A stretch of DNA of 64,000 nt from an uncultured Planctomycetia bacterium. GTDB taxonomy: Bacteria; Omnitrophota; Gorgyraeia; CAYWPX01. Position 1 is the stretch's first letter; every line of letters begins with the position of its first letter. The stretch lies in contig CAYWPX010000001.1 in the NCBI GenBank assembly GCA_964460615.1, positions 49,826 to 113,825 on the forward strand, in the 5' to 3' direction. Below the pieces are notes generated by a model. It was not told the origin of the DNA and ran no database searches. It saw only the letters and a list, made by a program, of their open reading frames with translations. Of this stretch, positions 1 through 10,228 are shown piece after piece. The translations under genes were made by a program, and so were the position numbers.

Positions 1-2
1 GA

Positions 3-620
3 TCCGGGGCAGATGTCCTAAAGGTAAGCGAAGGAATGGGATACGATAAGAGAATCGGCAAGCATTTTCTTAGTGCAGGGATCGGCTTCGGAGGATTTTG
101 CTTTCCTAAGGACCTGAGCGCATTTATAAGGATCTCGGAAAAACTCGGCTATAATTTCAATCTTTTAAGAGAAGTCGAGAAGATCAATAACGACCAGAAA
201 TTATTATTTATCAAAAATATTGAGTCGACCTTATGGAACCTCAAAGGCAAGACTGTCGGCGTACTGGGGCTTGCATTTAAACCGAATACGGATGATATCA
301 GATTTGCCCCTTCGATAGATGTTATTAACGCGCTCATGGCCGAAGGAGTTAAGATAAAGGTATTTGACCCTCAGGCTATGAATAAAGCCAAGAAGATTTT
401 TAAGGGTGTTACCTTTTGCAAAAATCCTTATGAAGCTGCCAGGGGAAGTGATTGTTTGGCGATAGTGACGGAATGGAATGAGTTTAAGGAGCTGGACCTC
501 TTAAAAATCAAAAAACTTATGAATCAGCCGGTTATCATGGACGGAAGGAATATTTATGACCCGGCTTATGTCAAAAAACTCGGTTTCAGATATATGGGGG
601 TTGGCAGGGGGAATTTATGA
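3..620 (+). CDS. ugd: UDP-glucose 6-dehydrogenase, C-terminal part (5' end truncated by the window edge)
   Basis: The reading frame is open from position 3, with no stop before the first Met at 36. It carries the GFGGFCFPKDL nucleotide-sugar dehydrogenase active-site motif and the LAFKPNTDDIR C-terminal UDP-binding signature. The stop overlaps the next start (ATGA). Confidence 0.8.
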   Translation, partial: SGADVLKVSEGMGYDKRIGKHFLSAGIGFGGFCFPKDLSAFIRISEKLGYNFNLLREVEKINNDQKLLFIKNIESTLWNLKGKTVGVLGLAFKPNTDDIRFAPSIDVINALMAEGVKIKVFDPQAMNKAKKIFKGVTFCKNPYEAARGSDCLAIVTEWNEFKELDLLKIKKLMNQPVIMDGRNIYDPAYVKKLGFRYMGVGRGNL

Positions 621-1063
621 TCGAAGGCGTAAAGGTAAAGGTACTAAAACCTATACCGGATGAAAGAGGCAGGCTTATGGAGATGCTCCGGTCAGATGAT
701 GATATTTTTATTAAATTTGGCCAGGTCTATATGACTACGGCATTTCCGGGAGTGGTAAAGGCATGGCATTATCATAAGAAGCAGACAGACAGTTTTATCT
801 GTGTATTCGGGAAGATGAGAGTAGGGCTTTATGATTCAAGGCCGAATTCAAAGACTTATAAAGAAGTGAACGAATTTATTCTAAGCCCCGAAGAGCCAAA
901 GCTTGTTCAGATACCTAATATGGTCTATCATGGTTTTAAATGCATAGATACCAAAGAGTCGATAATCATCAACATCCCAACGGAGCTTTATAACTATAAA
1001 GAGCCCGATGAATTCAGACTGGACGCTTATGAAAATGATATTCCTTTTGATTGGAGGAAATAA
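617..1063 (+). CDS. rmlC: dTDP-4-dehydrorhamnose 3,5-epimerase-like cupin (RmlC family, short form)
   Basis: 148 aa. It follows the RmlC pattern: DERG..ME..R, WHYHKKQTD, LYDSRPNSKTYKEV and IPNMVYHGF. It lies in an rml gene set. Confidence 0.65.
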   Translation: MIEGVKVKVLKPIPDERGRLMEMLRSDDDIFIKFGQVYMTTAFPGVVKAWHYHKKQTDSFICVFGKMRVGLYDSRPNSKTYKEVNEFILSPEEPKLVQIPNMVYHGFKCIDTKESIIINIPTELYNYKEPDEFRLDAYENDIPFDWRK

Positions 1064-1800
1064 TGGATAAGATCAAGGGTGTTATACTGGCAGGCGGACT
1101 TGGCAAAAGGCTCTATCCTCTCACTAAAATTACCAATAAGCATCTTCTGCCGATTTTTGAAAAACCCATGATCTATTATCCGATACAGACTTTGGTTGAT
1201 GCCGGCATTGAGGATATTTTGATAGTAACCGGCGGGAACCATGCCGGAGAATTTCTGAGGTTACTCGGGAACGGCAAAGACTTCGGTTTAAAGCACCTGA
1301 ATTATACATACCAGGAGGGCGAAGGCGGAATAGCTGATGCACTTTCTTTGGCTGAGCATTTTGCCGAAGATTCAAGGATAGTGGTGATACTGGGTGACAA
1401 TATAATAGAAAATAGCATTAAAAGCTACGTCGACAATTTTAGAAAACAACATAGCGGAGCCAGGATCATACTTAAAGAGGTCCCGGACCCTGAAAGATTC
1501 GGAGTGGCTGAATTCAAAAATAAAAAAGTTGTCGGCATCCAAGAGAAACCCAAAAAGCCAAAATCAAAATTTGCGGTTACCGGAATATATATGTATGACA
1601 ATCAGGTTTTTAAGATGGTAAAAAAACTCAAACCTTCAAGACGAGGTGAATTAGAGATAACGGATGTGAACAACATGTATCTTGAAAAAAAGGCCCTTAG
1701 TTACGATGTTCTTAAGGGCTGGTGGACCGATTCGGGTACATTTGATTCGCTTTTGAGGGCCAATAACCTTGTAGCAAACAAAATGAGGAAAATTAAATGA
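1051..1800 (+). CDS. rmlA: sugar-1-phosphate nucleotidyltransferase (glucose-1-phosphate thymidylyltransferase-like, short form)
   Basis: The N-terminus GVILAGGLGKRLYPLTKITNKHLLPI is the GGxGxRL nucleotidyltransferase signature. It sits between rmlC-like and rmlB. Confidence 0.75.
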   Translation: MEEIMDKIKGVILAGGLGKRLYPLTKITNKHLLPIFEKPMIYYPIQTLVDAGIEDILIVTGGNHAGEFLRLLGNGKDFGLKHLNYTYQEGEGGIADALSLAEHFAEDSRIVVILGDNIIENSIKSYVDNFRKQHSGARIILKEVPDPERFGVAEFKNKKVVGIQEKPKKPKSKFAVTGIYMYDNQVFKMVKKLKPSRRGELEITDVNNMYLEKKALSYDVLKGWWTDSGTFDSLLRANNLVANKMRKIK

Positions 1801-2780
1801 AAAGGCTTTTAGTAACAGGCGGGGCGGGGTTTATAGGTTCCAATTTCATAAGATTTTCTCTTGATAAATACCCTGATCTGGAAATAATAAATCTGGACAA
1901 GCTAACATACTGTGGTAATCCGAAGAACTTATCCAATTTATCGGATTGTCCTCGATATAAATTTATAAAAGGCGATATCTGCGATAAAGCCGTCGTAAGA
2001 GAAGTTATGAAGGATGCGGATGCAGTTATTAATTTTGCGGCAGAGAGCCATGTAGACAGGTCAATCAAGGACCCGGGGGCATTTCTGAACACCAATGTTT
2101 TCGGCACCCTTACATTGTTGGATGCCGCAAAGGAATTGCCTAATATAAAAAAATTTGTTCAGATATCAACGGATGAGGTCTATGGCTCCATAAAGAAAGG
2201 CTCTACAAAAGAGGACCATTCATTATTCCCGAATAGCCCTTATGCTGCAAGCAAAGCATCTGCGGACCTTTTGGCCAGGTCTTTTTTTGTAACATTCAAA
2301 TTACCGGTTACGATCGTCAGGAGCTCCAATAATTTTGGCCCATATCAATATCCGGAAAAGGTAATACCGCTTTTTGTTACGAACCTTATTGAAAATAAAT
2401 CAGTTCCTTTATACGGCACGGGAAAAAATGTGAGAGAATGGCTTTATGTTATGGATAATTGTGCCGGCATAGATTTGGCCTTAAGGCGGGGCAAATCCGG
2501 AGAGATATATAATATCGGTTCAGGTAACGAGAAGGATAATCTTACTTTGGCAAACCTGATCCTTAGATCATTCGGCAAGGATAGATCCTTTATTCAATTC
2601 GTAAATGACAGGCCCGGCCACGACTTGAGATATTCGCTTAACTCCAATAAATTGCGCAGACTTGGCTGGAAGCCCAAGATGAGCTTTAAGGAGGCCCTTA
2701 GAGAGACAATTGATTGGTATAAGAATAATCAATCCTGGTGGAAAGATATAAAAGAAAAAGCGGATATTGTTAAATGGTAG
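1797..2780 (+). CDS. rmlB: dTDP-glucose 4,6-dehydratase
   Basis: [13 protein letters not shown] Rossmann motif, YAASKASAD (YxxxK), and SDR-extended dehydratase architecture. 327 aa. Confidence 0.85.
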   Translation: MKRLLVTGGAGFIGSNFIRFSLDKYPDLEIINLDKLTYCGNPKNLSNLSDCPRYKFIKGDICDKAVVREVMKDADAVINFAAESHVDRSIKDPGAFLNTNVFGTLTLLDAAKELPNIKKFVQISTDEVYGSIKKGSTKEDHSLFPNSPYAASKASADLLARSFFVTFKLPVTIVRSSNNFGPYQYPEKVIPLFVTNLIENKSVPLYGTGKNVREWLYVMDNCAGIDLALRRGKSGEIYNIGSGNEKDNLTLANLILRSFGKDRSFIQFVNDRPGHDLRYSLNSNKLRRLGWKPKMSFKEALRETIDWYKNNQSWWKDIKEKADIVKW

Positions 2781-2882
2781 ACTGTAGTTTTTAGGTACAA
2801 ATTTATTTTAATAGAAGATAAGGGTAAAGCGGGGGTTCACCCCGTAAGACTAATTAAAAAAATTGAGCAGAATCTTTTAAAT

Positions 2883-2899
2883 ATTAAGTCGGACTTAAT
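2883..2899. promoter_or_regulatory. 17-bp perfect palindrome ATTAAGTCgGACTTAAT in the 166-bp rmlB-rmlD gap (candidate operator)
   Basis: The inverted repeat was read directly from the sequence and lies about 48 bp upstream of the rmlD GTG start. This is the only sizeable intergenic gap in the first 9.8 kb. Confidence 0.4.
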
Positions 2900-2946
2900 T
2901 TAGTTGTTAGCACCCTTATTAATTATTTTGATAGGAGTATTACGGG

Positions 2947-3846
2947 GTGAAAATACTTATTACGGGTTGTAACGGCATGCTTGGTTCAGACCTTTGTGAG
3001 CTGCTTACATGCAGTAACCATGAAGTCTTTGGACTAGACAATAATATCGCTAAAAATAAGTGCAACACCTGCCATAATTTTATCAAATGCGATATTACGA
3101 ATTCTAAAGATATTGATGCAGGCATGTTAAAGATCGGGCCCGATATCATTATTCATACTGCTGCTATGACAGATGTGGACGGTTGCGAGGCCGACCCAGT
3201 AAAAGCTCATCTTATTAATGTCACCGGAACAGAAAATATCGTATCAGTAGCTCAGAAAACTGGCTCACTTGTTATCTTGATAAGCACCGACTATGTTTTT
3301 GACGGAGACAAGAAATTACCTTATACAGAAGATGATGAAACAAACCCAATTAATGTGTACGGACATTCGAAACACGGAGCTGAAGAAGCTGTCAAGATGC
3401 TTAAGGATAATTATATTATTATCAGGACAAGCTGGCTTTACGGGAAATGCGGGAAAAATTTTGTAGATACAGTAAGAAAAAAAGCTCTTTATGACAGAAG
3501 TTTAAATGTTGTCGTAGATCAGTATGGTTCACCAACATATACGGTTGATCTTGCCAGGGCTATTGAAAAAATTATTGAAAAGATATCAAATAAAGAAAAA
3601 CTAAACGGGATATTCCATATAACGAACAGCGATAATTGCTCATGGTTTAAATTTGCAGAGATGATATTTAATTATTCTTTATATAAAGACATAAAGATAA
3701 ATCCGATAACTTCTCTTGAGCTCGACCGGGCGGCCAAGAGACCGAAGATGTCAATCTTAGAGAATAAAAGATTTAATGAAATTTTTTATAAGATGCGTCC
3801 ATGGCAGGATGCTTTGAGAGATTATATAACCTCAACTTCAAAATAA
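2947..3846 (+). CDS. rmlD: dTDP-4-dehydrorhamnose reductase (GTG start)
   Basis: ILITGCNGMLGSDL, YGHSKHGAEEAVK and IRTSWLYG motifs typical of RmlD/RfbD. 299 aa. Confidence 0.8.
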   Translation: MKILITGCNGMLGSDLCELLTCSNHEVFGLDNNIAKNKCNTCHNFIKCDITNSKDIDAGMLKIGPDIIIHTAAMTDVDGCEADPVKAHLINVTGTENIVSVAQKTGSLVILISTDYVFDGDKKLPYTEDDETNPINVYGHSKHGAEEAVKMLKDNYIIIRTSWLYGKCGKNFVDTVRKKALYDRSLNVVVDQYGSPTYTVDLARAIEKIIEKISNKEKLNGIFHITNSDNCSWFKFAEMIFNYSLYKDIKINPITSLELDRAAKRPKMSILENKRFNEIFYKMRPWQDALRDYITSTSK

Positions 3847-3868
3847 AGATTAAATTAAGGATTTTATT

Positions 3869-5173
3869 ATGGATAAAGTGATCAAAGAAAAAATAGATTC
3901 CAAAACCGCAAAAGTCGCGATAATCGGTATGGGTTATGTCGGGCTTCCGCTGGCCGTAGAATTTGCCAGAGCCGGGTTTTCGGTAACCGGCATAGACGTG
4001 GATAAAAAGAGGGTAAGCTCAATAAATAAAGGAGAATCCTACATACTTGATATCGAGTCTGACGAGATAAAGCTTTTAATAAAGAAGAAGAGCTTTCTTG
4101 CAACAGAGGATTTTAAGGTTCTTAAGAACCATGATGCAGTTATTGTATGCGTTCCGACACCTTTAAGAAAAACCAAAGAGCCTGACATATCTTATATTAT
4201 AAGCGCAGCGGAAAATATTTCTAAATATATGAAAAAAGGGCAGCTCATCATATTGGAGAGCACTACTTACCCTGGTACTACCGAAGAGGTATTGCAGCCG
4301 ATGTTCGAGAAAGCGGGTTTTAAGCTGGATAAGGATTTTTATCTTGCCTTTTCGCCTGAAAGAGTAGATCCTTCCAATAAAAGTTTTTCTACAAAAGATA
4401 TTACAAAGGTCGTAGGTGGAGTTACTAAAAAATCAACCGAATTAGCGGCGCTATTATACGGCAAGATCATTAAATCCGTTAAGCCGGTATCAAGCAGTAA
4501 GGTCGCTGAGATGGCAAAGCTTTTGGAGAATACTTTTAGGAGCGTAAATATCGGTTTAGTCAATGAACTGGCCATTATGTCAGAGAAACTGGGGATCGAT
4601 TTTTGGGAAGTCATAGAGGCGGCCAAAACAAAGCCGTTCGGATTCATGGCTTTTTACCCTGGGCCGGGGATAGGCGGGCATTGCATACCACTGGATCCTA
4701 TATATTTATCCTGGAAGGCCAAACATTATGGGTTTAATGCGAGATTTATCGAATTGGCGGACATGGTTAACTCTCATATGCCAGAATATGTCGTCGACAG
4801 AATTATCAAAATATTGGCCAAAAACGGAAAAGTTATCTGCTCTTCTAAGATATTGATTGTAGGAGTTGCCTATAAGAAAAATGTTAGCGATTTTAGGGAG
4901 TCGCCGGCTTTTGAGGTTGTCAAGATATTGCTAAAAGAAGGCGCCAAGGTGCAGTATTCAGATCCATATGTCCCGAATTTTCCGATCAACTCGCACTCAC
5001 TTAAATCTGTAAAGTTGACTTCAGAAGTTTTAAAAGATAGCGACTGTGTTGTTGTGCTTACCGATCATGATAATATAGATTATGATTTTATCGCAAAGCA
5101 TTCTAATGTAATTTTTGACACGAGGAATGCTACTAAAAACGTTAAAGACAAAAAAAGGATTATCAAGTTATGA
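3869..5173 (+). CDS. UDP-N-acetyl-D-glucosamine/mannosamine 6-dehydrogenase family (WbpA/WbpO/TviB/WecC-like)
   Basis: KVAIIGMGYVGLPLA NAD-binding motif and GGHCIPLDP catalytic cysteine motif. 434 aa, the length typical of UDP-HexNAc dehydrogenases. Confidence 0.8.
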   Translation: MDKVIKEKIDSKTAKVAIIGMGYVGLPLAVEFARAGFSVTGIDVDKKRVSSINKGESYILDIESDEIKLLIKKKSFLATEDFKVLKNHDAVIVCVPTPLRKTKEPDISYIISAAENISKYMKKGQLIILESTTYPGTTEEVLQPMFEKAGFKLDKDFYLAFSPERVDPSNKSFSTKDITKVVGGVTKKSTELAALLYGKIIKSVKPVSSSKVAEMAKLLENTFRSVNIGLVNELAIMSEKLGIDFWEVIEAAKTKPFGFMAFYPGPGIGGHCIPLDPIYLSWKAKHYGFNARFIELADMVNSHMPEYVVDRIIKILAKNGKVICSSKILIVGVAYKKNVSDFRESPAFEVVKILLKEGAKVQYSDPYVPNFPINSHSLKSVKLTSEVLKDSDCVVVLTDHDNIDYDFIAKHSNVIFDTRNATKNVKDKKRIIKL

Positions 5174-6102
5174 GTTTATATTTAGTTACGGGAGGTGCGG
5201 GGTTTATTGGTTCCAATATTGTTGAGGCTTTAGTCAAAAAGAATAAGAAAGTAAGAGTTCTTGACAGCCTTATAACGGGAAAGATAGACAACCTCAAACC
5301 TTTTATGGATAAGATAGAATTTGTGAAAGGCGATATAAGGGATAACGCGGTTTTAGACACATCCCTTAAAGGTGTTGACTATGTTCTGCATCAGGCGGCT
5401 TTGAGGAGCGTTGCCAAGTCGGTTGAGGACCCCGAGATAACAAACGATATAAATATTAATGGGACGTTGAAACTTTTTCTGGCAGCACATGATGCTAAGG
5501 TGAAAAGGGTTGTTTACGCTTCTAGTAGTTCTGTCTATGGAGAGACCAAAAAATTCCCTGAAAGAGAATCTGACGCTCCTTCACCTATTTCTCCTTATGC
5601 TGTTTCTAAGCTGGCGGGAGAGTACTATGGCAAGATGTTTACCACTACATATAAGCTTGAAACAGTCGGTTTAAGGTATTTTAACGTATTTGGCCCCAGG
5701 CAGAACCCTGAGTCAAGATATTCGGCGGTTATACCTGCATTTATTTCCAGGATGCTTAACGGTGAAAGCCCTATAGTTGACAGCGATGGAAAACAGGCAA
5801 GGGATTTTACATATGTTGAAAACGTGGTTGAAGCTAATCTCAAGGCAGCTACGGCTAAAAATATTGCTGGGATGGTTTTTAATGTGGGATGCGGGGAAAG
5901 CTACGACCTTCTTTATATAATAAAAGTGATAAATAATTATTTAGGTACTGATATAAAACCTGTTTTTGCACCCAAAAGGCCCGGAGACGTAAGAAAGACC
6001 ATAGCCGATATAAGACTTTTGAAGAAAAAATTAGGAACTACTCTTAAAGTGAGATTTGATGAAGGCCTTGAAAGGACTATTAAATGGTTCGAAACAAAGT
6101 AA
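5170..6102 (+). CDS. NAD-dependent nucleotide-sugar epimerase (WbpP/TviC-like UDP-HexNAc(A) 4-epimerase family)
   Basis: [21 protein letters not shown] (YxxxK), 310 aa. It is translationally coupled to the upstream dehydrogenase, as in the wbpO-wbpP and tviB-tviC pairs. Confidence 0.7.
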   Translation: MSLYLVTGGAGFIGSNIVEALVKKNKKVRVLDSLITGKIDNLKPFMDKIEFVKGDIRDNAVLDTSLKGVDYVLHQAALRSVAKSVEDPEITNDININGTLKLFLAAHDAKVKRVVYASSSSVYGETKKFPERESDAPSPISPYAVSKLAGEYYGKMFTTTYKLETVGLRYFNVFGPRQNPESRYSAVIPAFISRMLNGESPIVDSDGKQARDFTYVENVVEANLKAATAKNIAGMVFNVGCGESYDLLYIIKVINNYLGTDIKPVFAPKRPGDVRKTIADIRLLKKKLGTTLKVRFDEGLERTIKWFETK

Positions 6103-7079
6103 AGGTCGTCCTTATAACGGGTGGTGCGGGTTTTATCGGTTCGCATCTGAGCGATTATCTTCTTGAAAGGGGTTATAGAGTAATATGTATTGATAACTTT
6201 ATAACAGGCTCTATTAATAATATCAAACATCTATTCAAGAACAAAAATTATGTACTTATTAACCATAATATTACAAAGCATATAAATATTGGCGGCAAGA
6301 TAGATTATATTTTGCATTTTGCTTCACCCGCAAGCCCCGCAGATTACCTTAAATACCCGATCCAGACTCTTAAGGTAGGCGCTTTGGGTACCCATAATGC
6401 TTTGGGGCTTGCAAAAAGCAAGAAGGCTACTATTCTTATCGCTTCCACAAGCGAGGTTTATGGTGATCCGTTGGTTCACCCTCAGAAAGAATCTTATTGG
6501 GGAAATGTCAATCCTATAGGCCCTAGAGGAGTTTATGATGAAGCCAAGAGATTCGCTGAGGCGATCACTATGGCTTATCACAGGACTCACAAGGTAGATA
6601 CAAAGATAATAAGGATATTCAATACTTACGGCCCCCGAATGAGAAAAAATGACGGCAGGGCGGTGCCGAATTTTATCTCCCAGATCTTAGCTGGCAAACC
6701 CATAACTATTTTCGGAAAGGGCCAGCAATCAAGGAGTTTCTGTTATATCTCTGACATGGTGGATGGCATTTACAGGTTAATGCTTTCTGATATCAATCAG
6801 CCTGTTAATATCGGCAATCCTCACGAGATAACCATTATGCAGTTGGCAAAAGCTATTATTAAGCTTACCGGCATTAAAGCAAAAATTGTTTATGAAGATC
6901 TTCCTGTAGATGATCCAAAAAATAGACAGCCTTATATTAAACTGGCAAGGACACTTCTTGGATGGCAGCCTAAAGTCGGGCTTGAAGAAGGCTTGACCAG
7001 GACAATAGAATATTTTAGAAAAAAAGAGAAGAGCGATGATACGAATAGGCCAAATAGGCGCAGGAATCTGGGGAAGTAA
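6084..7079 (+). CDS. UDP-glucuronate decarboxylase (UDP-xylose synthase)
   Basis: [23 protein letters not shown], and IFNTYGPRM, which is characteristic of UXS/ArnA-type decarboxylases. Confidence 0.8.
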   Translation: MVRNKVKVVLITGGAGFIGSHLSDYLLERGYRVICIDNFITGSINNIKHLFKNKNYVLINHNITKHINIGGKIDYILHFASPASPADYLKYPIQTLKVGALGTHNALGLAKSKKATILIASTSEVYGDPLVHPQKESYWGNVNPIGPRGVYDEAKRFAEAITMAYHRTHKVDTKIIRIFNTYGPRMRKNDGRAVPNFISQILAGKPITIFGKGQQSRSFCYISDMVDGIYRLMLSDINQPVNIGNPHEITIMQLAKAIIKLTGIKAKIVYEDLPVDDPKNRQPYIKLARTLLGWQPKVGLEEGLTRTIEYFRKKEKSDDTNRPNRRRNLGK

Positions 7080-8055
7080 CCTTCTCAGGAATTTTGCAGC
7101 GTTAGATAATGCCCAAGTAGTGGTCTGCTGCGATAAAGATAAAGCCAAACTTGAAAAAGCAAGATTGATCCATCCCGGAGTTGAGACTACCCAAAAAGCC
7201 GAAGACCTTTATTTTAAATATGATCTGGATGCCGTAGTTATAGCAACGCCGCCTTCAACGCACGGTAAGCTTGCACTGGAGGCTCTCAAAAACGACAAGC
7301 ATGTCTTTGTGGAGAAGCCGATAGCGCTTAAGACTAAGGATGCTTTAAGACTTTGTAAGATAGCAAAAGAACGGCAAAGGAATCTGATGGTCGGGCACCT
7401 CCTTTTGTATCATCCGGCTGTAAGATTTTTGAAAAAATCAATAGACAACGGCGAGCTTGGAAAGATCTTTTATATATATTCCACCCGTGTAAATCTCGGA
7501 CAGGTCAGGTTGGAGGAAAATGCTCTTTGGAGCCTGGCGCCGCATGATGTCTCGGTTGCTATGCATCTAGTCGGAGATATGCCGATCGAGGTCACAGCCA
7601 GGGGGGAGTCATATTTGCAGAAGGATATCGAGGATGTTATTTTTATGACCCTCAAATTTAAGAATAATATTCTCTGTAATATTCATGTTAGCTGGCTGGA
7701 TCCGCACAAGATTAGGAAATTTACGATTGTCGGCTCGGAAAAAATGGCAGTTTTTGATGATATGGACCCTGCCAATAAGATTAAAATTTATAATAAAGGC
7801 ATAGACAAAAAAACGGACTATAATTATTCGACATTCTTCAGTATCCGCGAAGGGGATATCCATATTCCAAGGGTTGAACTGATGGAGCCTTTAAAGATAG
7901 AATGCAAACACTTTGTCGACTCTATAATAAATAAGACAACCCCGTTTACCGACGGAAGAAATGGCCTGGAGGTATTAAGTGTTCTTGAAGCTGCTCAGAA
8001 GTCGCTTGGCAATTTTGGCAGGCCGGTAAAGGTGAAGAGGGATTTTGATGAGTAA
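7036..8055 (+). CDS. Gfo/Idh/MocA-family oxidoreductase (WbpB/WlbA-like sugar 3-oxidase)
   Basis: N-terminal [14 protein letters not shown] Rossmann motif and a VEKP motif. It forms an oxidase, acetyltransferase and aminotransferase triad with the next two genes. Confidence 0.7.
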   Translation: MIRIGQIGAGIWGSNLLRNFAALDNAQVVVCCDKDKAKLEKARLIHPGVETTQKAEDLYFKYDLDAVVIATPPSTHGKLALEALKNDKHVFVEKPIALKTKDALRLCKIAKERQRNLMVGHLLLYHPAVRFLKKSIDNGELGKIFYIYSTRVNLGQVRLEENALWSLAPHDVSVAMHLVGDMPIEVTARGESYLQKDIEDVIFMTLKFKNNILCNIHVSWLDPHKIRKFTIVGSEKMAVFDDMDPANKIKIYNKGIDKKTDYNYSTFFSIREGDIHIPRVELMEPLKIECKHFVDSIINKTTPFTDGRNGLEVLSVLEAAQKSLGNFGRPVKVKRDFDE

Positions 8056-8635
8056 AAAACCGAAGGTTTTTATACACAAAAGTTCATTTGTAGATAAGGG
8101 AGCAATTATCGGAGATGGAAGTGCCGTATGGCACTTTTCGCACATATCCAAGGATTCAAAGCTCGGCAAAAACTGCAAGCTTGGCCAGAATGTGTTTGTT
8201 GCCTCCAATGTCTCTATTGGGGATAATGTAAAGATACAGAATAATGTATCTCTGTATGAAGGGGTTACGCTCGAGGATAATGTTTTCTGCGGCCCTTCAT
8301 CCGTATTTACTAATATATTTAATCCCAGGTGCCTTTATCCAAGGAATTCGGCCAAGTTCTACAAAAAAACGCTTGTTAAAAACGGCGCTTCTATCGGGGC
8401 GAATGCAACTATTGTCTGCGGGGTTACTATAGGTGAACATGCGTTTATTGGCGCGGGGTCGGTAGTTACGCGTGATGTTCCGGATTATGGGCTTGTTTAT
8501 GGAAACCCGGCAAGGCTTAAAGGGTGGATGTGCTTGTGCGGTGAAAAACTAAAAATTAATTCCAAAAAAAATACTCATTGCAAATTTTGTGCTAAAGAGT
8601 TTAAATTTGAGAAAGGATTTCTTAAAAAGATATGA
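8045..8635 (+). CDS. hexapeptide-repeat (LbH) sugar N-acetyltransferase (WbpD/WlbB-like) with a C-terminal Cys4 zinc-ribbon tail
   Basis: Repeated [LIV]G-x-x-x-x hexapeptide periodicity. C-terminus CLCGEKL...HCKFCAKEF. Confidence 0.7.
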   Translation: MMSKKPKVFIHKSSFVDKGAIIGDGSAVWHFSHISKDSKLGKNCKLGQNVFVASNVSIGDNVKIQNNVSLYEGVTLEDNVFCGPSSVFTNIFNPRCLYPRNSAKFYKKTLVKNGASIGANATIVCGVTIGEHAFIGAGSVVTRDVPDYGLVYGNPARLKGWMCLCGEKLKINSKKNTHCKFCAKEFKFEKGFLKKI

Positions 8636-9780
8636 ATACTTCCGATACCAAAAACAAATTAAACAAACATATACCGCTTCTTGATTTGAAGCTTCAGTAT
8701 AAATCAATTAAAAGCGAGATAGATTCGGCGATCCAGAAGGTCGTTGAAGACCAGAATTTTATTATGGGCGAGGATGTCAGGCTTCTCGAAAATGAGATCG
8801 CCTCCTATAGCGGTGTGAAATACGGTATTGGCGTATCAAGCGGGACGGATGCTTTGATACTGGCTCTTAGGGCAATAGGGATAAAAGAGGGCGATGAGGT
8901 TATAACCACGCCTTTTACGTTCATGGCGACTGCCGGGGCAATTTCAAATGTCGGGGCGACTCCTGTATTTGTTGATATTACGCCGGATACATATAATATT
9001 GACTTCAAAAAGATCGAAGCTAAGATCACTAAAAATACAAAAGCTATCATCCCTGTGCATTTGTATGGGCAGTGTGCCGACATGGATGAGATCCTTAAAA
9101 TTGCGAATAAACATAATCTCAGGGTAATAGAGGATTCCGCCCAGTCGATAGGCGCTACTTATAAAGGAAGGCCGTCCTCTTCGATGGGGGATATGGGTTG
9201 TATAAGCTTTTTCCCGAGTAAAAATCTGGGGGCTTTCGGGGATGGCGGCATGGTAGTTACTGATAATGCCGAGCTTGCCGATAAAGTAAAGGTTTTAAGG
9301 GTTCATGGCAGTAAGATCAGGTATATTCATTCCATTATAGGTACAAATGCAAGGCTTGATAATCTGCAGGCAGCAGTTCTAAGGGTAAAGCTAAGGCATC
9401 TCGACGCTTGGGCAAAGAAGAGAACGGAAAATGCCGGGATATATAACGAGCTTTTTAAAAACGTAAATGGCGTTAAGACACCTTATGTTCCCGGTTATAA
9501 CACACACGTTTATCATCAGTACGTGATAAGCGTAGACCCGAAAAAACGCGATATTATTCTTAAGAAATTGGAAGAGAATAATGTTGAAAGCAGGGTATAT
9601 TATCCCATTCCTCTCCATTTGCAGGAATGTTATAAATTTTTGGGGTACAAAGAAGGCGATTTTCCAAATTCTGAGTTTGCAAGCCGTTCGACGCTTGCTC
9701 TTCCGGTATATCCTGAGCTTACAAAAGAAGATATTTCCTTCATAACAGGATTAATAGCCGAATTCCTTTCCAGGTCATAA
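8632..9780 (+). CDS. DegT/DnrJ/EryC1/StrS-family PLP aminotransferase (WbpE/WlbC-like)
   Basis: 382 aa. LLDLK..Y....[26 protein letters not shown] and fold-type I sugar aminotransferase motifs. Confidence 0.8.
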   Translation: MNTSDTKNKLNKHIPLLDLKLQYKSIKSEIDSAIQKVVEDQNFIMGEDVRLLENEIASYSGVKYGIGVSSGTDALILALRAIGIKEGDEVITTPFTFMATAGAISNVGATPVFVDITPDTYNIDFKKIEAKITKNTKAIIPVHLYGQCADMDEILKIANKHNLRVIEDSAQSIGATYKGRPSSSMGDMGCISFFPSKNLGAFGDGGMVVTDNAELADKVKVLRVHGSKIRYIHSIIGTNARLDNLQAAVLRVKLRHLDAWAKKRTENAGIYNELFKNVNGVKTPYVPGYNTHVYHQYVISVDPKKRDIILKKLEENNVESRVYYPIPLHLQECYKFLGYKEGDFPNSEFASRSTLALPVYPELTKEDISFITGLIAEFLSRS

Positions 9781-9794
9781 TCTGAATGTTTTGC

Positions 9795-9823
9795 TTGACG
9801 GTATAGCTTTGTTTTGTTATTAT
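9795..9823 (+). promoter_or_regulatory. sigma70-like promoter (TTGACG, 17 nt spacer, TATTAT) upstream of the MarR-like gene
   Basis: Hexamers and spacing were read directly from the sequence. An AAGGA RBS lies 7 nt before the ATG at 9843. Confidence 0.45.
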
Positions 9824-9824
9824 A

Positions 9825-9841
9825 TGTTCAAAGGATGAACA
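9825..9841. promoter_or_regulatory. inverted repeat TGTTCA-aagga-TGAACA overlapping the RBS of the MarR-like gene (candidate autoregulatory operator)
   Basis: Perfect 6-bp arms with a 5-bp spacer, ending 1 nt before the start codon. Confidence 0.4.
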
Positions 9842-9842
9842 G

Positions 9843-10202
9843 ATGAACAATAAGACACATGATATTCTGGATTCCGAAAAGACTCTTCATATACTTAAGG
9901 AGATCGAACAGAATCCCCAGGTGACCCAAAGGTATCTTTCCGAGAAATTTGTCATAAGTCTCGGCAAGGTGAATTACCTCATTAATTCCCTCATAGGAAA
10001 AGGCCTTATTAAAGTTAAAAACTTCAAAAACTCCAAAAATAAGCTTGCCTACATGTATATTTTTACACCCGAAGGACTGAAGGCAAAAATCGAAATCACT
10101 AAAAAATTCTTAGAGTGGAAGACCATTGAATACGGAAGAATAAAAAAAGATATAGAAAACTACAAAAAAGAGATCACTGCTTATTCGTCAAAGCCCGAAT
10201 AA
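9843..10202 (+). CDS. MarR/winged-helix transcriptional regulator of the EPS/nonulosonate-associated type
   Basis: 119 aa. Helix-turn-helix region QRYLSEKFVISLGKVNYLINSLIGKGLI. This small regulator class typically heads nonulosonic-acid and EPS loci. Confidence 0.55.
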   Translation: MNNKTHDILDSEKTLHILKEIEQNPQVTQRYLSEKFVISLGKVNYLINSLIGKGLIKVKNFKNSKNKLAYMYIFTPEGLKAKIEITKKFLEWKTIEYGRIKKDIENYKKEITAYSSKPE

Positions 10203-10228
10203 GCCTCAAACCGAAGGAGGCGCATAGC

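Noticed and set aside
2826-2845. GC-rich hairpin CGGGG-gttca-CCCCG as a rho-independent terminator after rmlB
   Set aside because: The stem is only 5 bp and is followed by an A-rich rather than T-rich stretch on the + strand, and no minus-strand gene needs terminating. I kept it only as part of the unusual-gap finding.
9835-9849. Direct repeat ATGAACA-g-ATGAACA suggesting an alternative upstream start for the MarR-like gene
   Set aside because: The first ATG (9835) is out of frame and hits TGA after 3 codons. The repeat is better explained as the right arm of the TGTTCA/TGAACA palindrome.
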